Source: an uncultured Verrucomicrobiota bacterium (lineage in GTDB: Bacteria > Verrucomicrobiota > Verrucomicrobiia > Limisphaerales > UBA9464). From it: a stretch of 34,662 nucleotides of DNA. Position 1 is the stretch's first letter; each line of letters begins with the position of its first letter. The position numbers were made by a program, and so were the translations under genes. Under the pieces are notes generated by a model that was given only the letters and a program-made list of their open reading frames with translations, ran no database searches and was not told where the DNA came from. This document shows positions 27,922 through 34,662 of the stretch, piece after piece. Location of the stretch: positions 1 through 34,662 of the forward strand of contig CAIPFS010000696.1 of assembly GCA_903864375.1 (NCBI GenBank), read 5' to 3'.

Positions 27922-28787
27922 GCGGGTGTGGATTCCTTCCAGCCCTGGCGGTAGCCGGCCAGCTTGCCAGCCCGCTGCGCCCATCGCACCCGCGCGGCAT
28001 GAGGCCATTCACCGAACCTCCGGTGGCTGGAGCAAAACCGGAAATCATGCCGGACGTCGCTCAGCCAGCCGAGAAGGACAATACGCCACCAGGAAATCCC
28101 GTCCGGATGCCGGCTCCAGGCCCGGGCGATGGCCCGGGCGTCGCCAAAGCTTCGTCGCCGGGCCTGTTCGACGGTGTAGTTATGCGAGTGCATCACCACC
28201 GATTCCGGGACATAGAGGACGTCGTAGCCCTGCGCCCGGCACCAGCGTGTATATTCATCGTCCTCGGCGTACTGCAATTCCTCCCGGAATCCACGGCGCG
28301 CCCAGGCATCCCGCCGGAGGCCGCTGCTGACCATGCTGAAAAAATGCTCCCACCGGGCGGATTCCCGGGCGGGACCAAAGCAGCGTTCATAATCACAGGC
28401 ATACACAGCCTGGCAGTCCGGACGCGGAATCTGACGTCCGAAAACCGCTGCGACCCGGGGATTGGCCAGCGGAGCCGCCAGCCGGGGAAGCCAGTCGGTC
28501 CCCTGGGGCGTCGCGTCGGCATTGAGAAAGAGGCAGACGTCGGCGCGGGCCAGCCGCATCCCATGATTCATGACCCGGCTGGGATTATATTCCGCGGGTG
28601 TGATCTGGATGAAGTGGGCCGGCTGGAACGCCCGGATGAGCTCCTGGGATCCGTCGGTGGATCCAGAGTCGATCACGATGAGCTCCCAATTCCGATACTG
28701 CTGAGCCCGCAGGGCCGGGAGCGTCCCCTTGAGGGCCCACGCCTCGTTGTACGAGCGCATGATGATGCTGACCAGCGGTTCGCTCAT
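27918..28787 (-). CDS. Glycosyltransferase family 2 (rhamnosyltransferase-like)
   Basis: VSIIMRSYNE, VIDSGSTDGS, FLNAD (DxD variant), AAVFGRQIPR, YAEDD, VMHSHNY. Confidence 0.9.
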   Translation of the reverse strand: MSEPLVSIIMRSYNEAWALKGTLPALRAQQYRNWELIVIDSGSTDGSQELIRAFQPAHFIQITPAEYNPSRVMNHGMRLARADVCLFLNADATPQGTDWLPRLAAPLANPRVAAVFGRQIPRPDCQAVYACDYERCFGPARESARWEHFFSMVSSGLRRDAWARRGFREELQYAEDDEYTRWCRAQGYDVLYVPESVVMHSHNYTVEQARRRSFGDARAIARAWSRHPDGISWWRIVLLGWLSDVRHDFRFCSSHRRFGEWPHAARVRWAQRAGKLAGYRQGWKESTPA

Positions 28788-30346
28788 GGGACGGACCTCC
28801 GACGGATCGGAAAACGACGGCCAAATTTCCGGGTCAATTCCTCCTGTTCGCCCGGTCGCAAGGCCATTCGCCAGAGTCCGAACGCACCCACCACGCCCGC
28901 CAGCGTCCCCTCAATGAACATGGCGGCCATGGTCGAGCCACCGGGTGCCAGTACGACCAGTTTCAAGGCGATCAGGACGGCCAGCATGGGGAGGCATCCC
29001 AGCCACGAGGGAATCACGGATTGCCGGAACAAGGGCCAGCCTTTGAGACCCGTGTTCTTGGCCATCCATGGCCACAAGTGGACCCATCCGAAATAGAGGG
29101 TGGGAATCAATGAACCGACCGCCACCGCCACCACGCTCCGGGTTGCCAGCACCAGGCCGACACTGAGAATGAGATTGGCGGCAGCCTCGCCGAGGCCAAG
29201 CCACATCAGTCGACGTTCATGGCCGGTCATCATGAAGATCCGCTTGGAAACGCTATGGGTCAGGATCGTGGTGTAAAACCAGGCCAGCAGCACATGTCCC
29301 ACAAGGATGGTATCCGCCGAGAGCGACTTGTCGCCGGTCAACAAACGAAGCAGCTCGGAAAGGTAAAAGGCACAGAGCAGGTAGAGCGGCGTGGCGATCA
29401 GCACGGTCCAGCGAAGGCTGTTGACCAGCAAATCCTGAAGCGCGGCCGTGTCTCCGGTGGCATGGAGATGGGCCGCTGCCGGCGAGAGGGTGTCCTGCAC
29501 CTGCTTGGTGAACTGGCTGAACACCTCGGCCACTTTTGCGCCGGCCTGATAGAGTGCCACTGCCGAAACCGAGAGAGCGGCACCGAGCACCAGCTGATCG
29601 GTTTTCCCCAACACGATGTTGGTGGCGGTGCCCAGGTAGGCAAACACCGAAAACTGCATGGTCTCCCCCATCATCGACGGTGAAAACAGCGACGGACGAA
29701 TCCGAACGCCAGGCATCCGCTGGAGGGCGAAGAGCGCCGCCAGAAAGTCGGGGGCCAATGCAAAGAACAGCGCGATGAACATCACCGCCATGAAACTCCA
29801 CTTGAACCAGACGGCGGCGGCGATGAAACCGAGCCGCAGGATCAGCGCTCCGGAAATCAGGTTGTTGGTCAGCCGGATGCGTTGCTGCCCGCGGAGCACC
29901 TCCGGGAAGATGCCCATCGGAAAGGCCAGCCCGATGCCGAGAAAAAACACCACCATGACCTTGCGGAACTCCTCATGATTGGCGGCGGAGACGCCAAACC
30001 ATCGGACGATGGTGGCCGAGCCCGCCAGGACCACCAATGCGATGGCCACGGAAATACCGGCATAGAAGACCAGGATGGTGCTCAGCACCCGGCTGAGCTT
30101 TTCCCAATCCTTCAGGACCGAAAGTTCGGCCACCCGCTTTTGGGCGGCAAAGCCGAATCCGAAATCGAGAAGGATGCCATACCCAAACACACTCCAGAGC
30201 AGCGACCAAAAGCCAAACTGCTCCTGATTCAGGGACTGATACAACATCCGGAACGTGAGCAGACCGACGGCCATGCCCAGGACGGTCCGGACATAGTTCG
30301 AAATCGAGTTGCTCCAGATGTTGCGTTTGACCTCGGCGTAGCTCAT
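28784..30346 (-). CDS. wzx: Oligosaccharide flippase (Wzx, MOP superfamily)
   Basis: About 520 aa with many TM segments; L..EQFGFW...LLDFGF and KTDQLVLGAALSVSAVALYQ motifs. ATG 30346 overlaps the upstream stop (ATGA). Confidence 0.85.
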   Translation of the reverse strand: MSYAEVKRNIWSNSISNYVRTVLGMAVGLLTFRMLYQSLNQEQFGFWSLLWSVFGYGILLDFGFGFAAQKRVAELSVLKDWEKLSRVLSTILVFYAGISVAIALVVLAGSATIVRWFGVSAANHEEFRKVMVVFFLGIGLAFPMGIFPEVLRGQQRIRLTNNLISGALILRLGFIAAAVWFKWSFMAVMFIALFFALAPDFLAALFALQRMPGVRIRPSLFSPSMMGETMQFSVFAYLGTATNIVLGKTDQLVLGAALSVSAVALYQAGAKVAEVFSQFTKQVQDTLSPAAAHLHATGDTAALQDLLVNSLRWTVLIATPLYLLCAFYLSELLRLLTGDKSLSADTILVGHVLLAWFYTTILTHSVSKRIFMMTGHERRLMWLGLGEAAANLILSVGLVLATRSVVAVAVGSLIPTLYFGWVHLWPWMAKNTGLKGWPLFRQSVIPSWLGCLPMLAVLIALKLVVLAPGGSTMAAMFIEGTLAGVVGAFGLWRMALRPGEQEELTRKFGRRFPIRRRSVP

Positions 30347-31629
30347 GGGGCCGTCCTCCCGAAACGCGTTGCCGCATGACGCTCTGCCGCCCGATAGAGC
30401 CCTTCCAATTGAACCGCCACGCGGCTCCAGTCGTAGCGTCCCCGGGCCTCCTCCCGCCCGGCTTCGCCCAACCGGCGGCGCAGACCGGAATCGCCAGCGA
30501 GAAGCAGCAGACGTTGGGTAAGGTCGGCGGCGGTCCCCTCCTCCCCGGGGCGGATGAAAAGGCCGTTTTCCCCGTCGTGAATCAGCGCCCGGAGGCCACC
30601 CACATGATTTGCGACCACCGCCCGACCGGCACTCCACGCCTCCAGCACCACGATGCCGAACGGCTCATGGCGGGACGGCAGCACAAAGACGTCGCAGGCG
30701 TGATAGGCCTCCACGAGCTGGGGATCGTCGTTGCGCAGCCCCGGCAGCAATCGAACGGAACCGGAAAGCTGTCGTTCGGCCACCAGAGCCCGGAGACGTG
30801 CAGCGTAGTCCGGCTGGGTCTCCGGTCCGATCAGGACCAGAAAGGCATCGGGCTGATGACGGATGAATTCAGAAAATGCCTCCAGCAGAAGCAGTTGATT
30901 TTTTTGGGGATCAATCCGGCTGAGGTTCAGAACCACGAATCCGTTCGCGGGGATTCCATGACGGCGACGGAATGCGGCACCGTCCCCGGTGGCGAAACGG
31001 GCCGAATCCACCCCATTCGGCAGGTAGGCAATGCGATCGTGTTTCAACTGCCCCCGGGCCTTCTCGAGTTCACCCGCCCCCACGCAGATCACTTGATCGG
31101 CATCGTCCAGAATACGTCGGGATCCGAAGAGGGCCCCGAAAACCTTGCCCCACTCCGGCTTGTTGGCGATGGGGCGGAGCATCTGTTCCCGTTCGGCCTC
31201 AGGAACATCAAACACGCCGCCATGGAGGGTCACGACAAACGGTTTCCGACGGAGACGGGCGGCGGTTCGAACCTCTCCACCCAGCCGCTTGAGGGCGTGG
31301 GCATGGAACAGCCGCACGTTGGGGCGGGATAAGAGCCCACAGAAGAGGGAGAGGGAAAGCAGGTTGCCCCCTTTTTTGTCCATGGCGGCCCGGTCCTCGC
31401 GGCTCAACCCCAAAAAAGGATAACAGTAGGGATACCGGTGGACCGGCACTCCCCCCAATTCCTCATGCCTCTGACTGGCCAGGGCCATGGAGGTCATGAT
31501 TTCCGGAGCGGCACCCGCGCGTTGTTGCTGACGCGAGATCTCGAGAATCACGGTTTCCGTGCCTCCCCATTCCGCGGCGACAAACCGGCGGGGAACATGA
31601 ACGATCCGTTGTTTCTCCGACGGGTTCAC
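30343..31629 (-). CDS. Glycosyltransferase family 4
   Basis: WGGTET, TLHGG, LPNGVD, SRIDPQKNQ and EX7E motif RHEPFGIVVLEAWSAG. GTG start overlapping the upstream stop. Confidence 0.92.
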   Translation of the reverse strand: MNPSEKQRIVHVPRRFVAAEWGGTETVILEISRQQQRAGAAPEIMTSMALASQRHEELGGVPVHRYPYCYPFLGLSREDRAAMDKKGGNLLSLSLFCGLLSRPNVRLFHAHALKRLGGEVRTAARLRRKPFVVTLHGGVFDVPEAEREQMLRPIANKPEWGKVFGALFGSRRILDDADQVICVGAGELEKARGQLKHDRIAYLPNGVDSARFATGDGAAFRRRHGIPANGFVVLNLSRIDPQKNQLLLLEAFSEFIRHQPDAFLVLIGPETQPDYAARLRALVAERQLSGSVRLLPGLRNDDPQLVEAYHACDVFVLPSRHEPFGIVVLEAWSAGRAVVANHVGGLRALIHDGENGLFIRPGEEGTAADLTQRLLLLAGDSGLRRRLGEAGREEARGRYDWSRVAVQLEGLYRAAERHAATRFGRTAP

Positions 31630-32384
31630 GAGCGCAGAAAGAGGAAGGTGCCCCCTTCCTCCCGTTCAACGTGAAATCCGAGATTCAACAAATCCCCGAC
31701 AATCCGGTAGGTGGCCGCATGCCCGATGAAACCAGGGTGCAATTCAACGATGATCTTGCGAACGGAGGCGGGAAGCTGGCGGAAATCGACATATTGTTCG
31801 GCCCCTTCAATGTCCATGATGAAAGCCGTGGGGGAATAATCCATCCGGGACACGAGGGTGGTCAGGGACACTCCCGGGACCTGAACCGAGCGCCCGCCGG
31901 AACCGGCGACCAGCGAGTTTTCCCAAAATTCGTTGCCGATATTCAAGGTCACCATCCCGTCCGATGCCGCCAGTGCCAGATTCAAGACGTTCGGAGTGCG
32001 TCCGTTGATTTCGTAGTTGCGCTTGAGGCGCTCCACGGTTCCCGGATTGGCCTCCACCGTCGTGTAGCGGGTGATGCCAACGCGAATCTGGCAGAACAGA
32101 CCGATGAACCCGATGGCACCTCCCACCTCCAGGACCGTGTCCTCCGGGCGCAGGAACTGTTGTGCCAGCAGACGTTCCTGCACTTCATAACGCCCCAGCA
32201 GAAGATTATTCTTCATCACGGAGGACAATCCTTTGACCTCCAATTGCACCCCCTCCAGGGTGACACGCTCCACCTTGGGCAGGGAGAACTTAAACCGCCA
32301 GCGGGTGCGAAAATCCTGCCAGAGCTGATACAGGAGCGTTCGCTCGATCAGGCTGGGGCGTGTCGACGAAGGGGTGGAACTCAT
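31626..32384 (-). CDS. FkbM-family SAM-dependent methyltransferase
   Basis: VLEVGGAIG (motif I), TVEANP, FIMDIEGAE and IIVELH are FkbM/Methyltransf_21 motifs. Confidence 0.88.
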   Translation of the reverse strand: MSSTPSSTRPSLIERTLLYQLWQDFRTRWRFKFSLPKVERVTLEGVQLEVKGLSSVMKNNLLLGRYEVQERLLAQQFLRPEDTVLEVGGAIGFIGLFCQIRVGITRYTTVEANPGTVERLKRNYEINGRTPNVLNLALAASDGMVTLNIGNEFWENSLVAGSGGRSVQVPGVSLTTLVSRMDYSPTAFIMDIEGAEQYVDFRQLPASVRKIIVELHPGFIGHAATYRIVGDLLNLGFHVEREEGGTFLFLRS

Positions 32385-33598
32385 GGAAGGTTGGGCGTTG
32401 CCCCGGTCCGGTTGCGATCCCGGGCGAGCAGGGCGGTCTCTTTCATCAAATCACAGAGGTGGGGAATGGCAGTCAGACTGTCGGGAAATTCACGCTGATT
32501 GGTCAGGACGGTGGCGTACGAATGCCTGTCTGTCGGATGATAGCCGTGCATGGCGCGGATGGGGCGCTCGCCCATGTGGCTCGGAACGATAAGAACGCCC
32601 TCCTTCACCAGGAAGATCAACTCCCCGAAATAGCGATCCTCAAAGCGCGTGTGCATCGCCTCCAGTTCGTTGTCGGGCAGAATCCGGCCCTCAGGCACCT
32701 GCTGTAGCGTGGCCTCGATCAACTGCCGGGCCCGATCATTGAAAAACCAGAACCGGGCCATGGTGGAATCGTACACCGCGGCGTAGTCCTTTTGAAATTT
32801 CAACGGCAGGGCATCGATCCGGGCCATCAAATCGAGGTGGATGTCGCAGTTGGCCATCCCGTGATCGCTGAAAACGTACAGGCGAATGTCGTCGTACCGG
32901 CTTTGGGCGGCCTGGATGAGTTGTTGCAGCCACTGTTCATACACCCGGAGGCGGGCGGGAATTTCCGGTGAATCATTGCCCACGCGGTGCAACAGGCCAT
33001 CCAGACCCGCCCAGTAAAGAAACGCAAAGTCAATGGAACCATCCCGCAACCGGGCGGCGAGGGCGTCGCGATTGGCCTCCTCGGACTGGGCTGGATCACT
33101 GACAAAGTACGGAATCTGCTGTGCCACCAGGAAATCAAAGATATTCTCACCCCGGTTCATTCCCCCGGGTCGCAGCGGGCTCTTTTTCTCAGTGAAGTCG
33201 TACCGATGGATGTGCTGGAACGGAATGTTATAAAGATCAAAATAACCCTGAAACTGAAGACGCGCCTTGAAGATCCGTGTGAGCACCCGGCGGACGATGC
33301 GTCGCCCCGTCAGAGCCCGGGGAAGCCAGCGGAGCCACCGGAGGGAGCGGAACGGCGAGTTTTTCGGGTCATGGACAAAATAACACCAGTTGCGATGCTG
33401 AACCGGCCATCGCCCGGATAGAATCGACGGCACACAGGTCGAGCTGTAGCCAAAGACGCTGTCCAATCGTCGCCGGAGGGGGACGAATCCGTTTCCAAAG
33501 GGATCATTCCGGAGGATTTCCCATCCCATGGCGTCAATCATGACGAAGAGCGCCAGCACGGGCTTCCGGGGTGCGCTCCCGGGCTGTTCGGAATTCAT
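32381..33598 (-). CDS. Alkaline-phosphatase-superfamily protein (type I phosphodiesterase/nucleotide pyrophosphatase-like)
   Basis: Metal-ligand motifs VMIDAMG, GYSSTCVPSILSG (nucleophile region), LDGLLH, FSDHGM and MHGY. No signal peptide evident. Confidence 0.85.
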   Translation of the reverse strand: MNSEQPGSAPRKPVLALFVMIDAMGWEILRNDPFGNGFVPLRRRLDSVFGYSSTCVPSILSGRWPVQHRNWCYFVHDPKNSPFRSLRWLRWLPRALTGRRIVRRVLTRIFKARLQFQGYFDLYNIPFQHIHRYDFTEKKSPLRPGGMNRGENIFDFLVAQQIPYFVSDPAQSEEANRDALAARLRDGSIDFAFLYWAGLDGLLHRVGNDSPEIPARLRVYEQWLQQLIQAAQSRYDDIRLYVFSDHGMANCDIHLDLMARIDALPLKFQKDYAAVYDSTMARFWFFNDRARQLIEATLQQVPEGRILPDNELEAMHTRFEDRYFGELIFLVKEGVLIVPSHMGERPIRAMHGYHPTDRHSYATVLTNQREFPDSLTAIPHLCDLMKETALLARDRNRTGATPNLP

Positions 33599-33987
33599 GG
33601 CGTGGAAGGAGGTGTTGCCAGGGTGGAGATCAGGCGACGGGCTTCGGCCGCCAGGGAACTGGGACTGAACGGCTTGGTCAGGTAGAGCGCCGCCCCGGAG
33701 CCCTGGGCTTCCGTGCGGGTGATGGTCTGACCGCGGGTGGTCAGCATGATGATGGGGATGGCGGAGGTCGAGGGAGTCGCCTTCAGATGCCGGAGGGCGG
33801 TGATTCCGTCCATTTCCGGCATGGTGACATCCATGACGATCAGGGCCGGGAGTTCCCGGCTGGCCAGCTCAATGGCCTCACGACCACTCCGGGCCGTCAG
33901 GATTTGATACCCATCCTTCTTCAGGCTCAGTTCGGTGAGTCGCAACATGTGCGGCTCGTCATCCACGATGAGAACTTTGCGGCTCAT
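33595..33987 (-). CDS. Single-domain response regulator (receiver only)
   Basis: VLIVDDE, phospho-acceptor in IVMDVTMPEMDG, MLT and YLTKPFSP; 130 aa with no output domain. Confidence 0.92.
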   Translation of the reverse strand: MSRKVLIVDDEPHMLRLTELSLKKDGYQILTARSGREAIELASRELPALIVMDVTMPEMDGITALRHLKATPSTSAIPIIMLTTRGQTITRTEAQGSGAALYLTKPFSPSSLAAEARRLISTLATPPSTP

Positions 33988-33988
33988 G

Positions 33989-34662
33989 TTAATAAAGCAG
34001 GTTCCCGGCAAGAACCAGCAGGGCGGTATCATCGGCCGGTTCTCCGGAGTTTTCGAATTCACCCAGCAGCTCCACGATTTTACGACGGGTCACATCGATG
34101 GGCTCGGCACTCACGACGGCGTTGCGCAGCAGGGCCTTGATGGGCTCGAGGCCCAGAAGGTCGCCGTCCCGGTTGCGGGCCTCAATGAGTCCGTCGGTGA
34201 ACAACAGGGCACGGCCCCCACGGTAGGAACGCGTCTCTTCGGAGGGCTCGGAGTCCTCCACAATACCGAGAGGGGGGCCGCCGGCCCGTACCTCGCACAC
34301 CTCCCCATGGGCGTCCGCCAGGAGCATCGGGGGATGACCGGCACCGGAAACCCGGATTTCACCCCGTTCCACGTCAATGTAGGCCAGTTGGGCGGTGATG
34401 AACATTTCGGCCGCGTCCAACTCACTGAACAGATTCTGGTTCAGCCACGCCAGGAATCGCCCCGGGTGAGGGGCGAGGTCGCGTCGGGATCGCACCAGGC
34501 TCCGGAACATGAGGGCAAACAGTGCCGCCGGAAGCCCTTTGCCCATCACGTCGCTCATCACCAACAGCAGATTGCCGTTATCCGTGACGAGGGCATCGTA
34601 GTAATCGCCGCCAATCTGTCGGGCACTGCGGCAAAACCCGGCAAGCGATGCACCGGGAAGCA
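33989..34662 (-). CDS. SpoIIE/RsbU-type PP2C serine phosphatase, 3' part; gene begins outside the window
   Basis: Frame is open to the window edge: SARQIGGDYYD...SDVMGKGLPAAL, MFITA, GAGHPP, FTDGLIEA and ADDT are the PP2C-SIG metal-binding motifs. Confidence 0.92.
   Translation of the reverse strand, partial: LPGASLAGFCRSARQIGGDYYDALVTDNGNLLLVMSDVMGKGLPAALFALMFRSLVRSRRDLAPHPGRFLAWLNQNLFSELDAAEMFITAQLAYIDVERGEIRVSGAGHPPMLLADAHGEVCEVRAGGPPLGIVEDSEPSEETRSYRGGRALLFTDGLIEARNRDGDLLGLEPIKALLRNAVVSAEPIDVTRRKIVELLGEFENSGEPADDTALLVLAGNLLY

Noticed and set aside
27399-29096. 565-aa plus-strand ORF
   Set aside because: Antisense to well-supported GT4, GT2 and wzx genes; low-complexity translation with no motifs. 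A shadow ORF typical of GC-rich DNA.
30347-30637. N-terminal extensions from the ORF track for wzx (and likewise the starts at 28008, 19230, 23931, 34062, 7824 and 6788)
   Set aside because: They overlap upstream genes or precede the signal peptide; downstream ATGs give ATGA coupling or family-typical N-termini.
1-34662. CRISPR arrays, tRNA/rRNA genes, transposases, integrases, prophage genes
   Set aside because: No regularly spaced repeats, RNA gene signatures or mobile-element protein motifs were seen.

Overview
GC-rich bacterial DNA; gene content and a C-terminal '...FYR' motif suggest Verrucomicrobiota (inference). The left half (1-16936) is a patchwork of mostly unrelated genes: partial dctA, a DUF6159-like membrane protein, a tricorn protease split by a 1-nt frameshift, a GH26 mannanase, a DUF1080 protein, an RluA-family enzyme, a UDG-family protein, a secreted alpha/beta hydrolase, DUF4256, two secreted beta-propeller proteins and deoC. 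The right half (17025-34662, minus strand, continuing past the window edge) is one tightly coupled run of at least 16 genes for surface-polysaccharide synthesis and export. It holds two Wza/OPX paralogues, a Wzc-like co-polymerase, six glycosyltransferases, a Wzx flippase and an FkbM methyltransferase. The most interesting observation is the regulatory and modifying machinery built into this operon. A TagA/WecG (GT26) glycosyltransferase is fused to two STAS domains with intact DSTG phospho-acceptor motifs, alongside an RsbU/SpoIIE-type PP2C phosphatase and a stand-alone receiver. The Wzc has lost its tyrosine-kinase motifs and Tyr cluster. There is also an unexplained pair: a Pol-beta-like nucleotidyltransferase and a cytoplasmic ENPP/alkaline-phosphatase-superfamily enzyme. 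I found no RNA genes, CRISPR arrays or mobile elements. All family calls come from motifs recognised by eye, not database searches.
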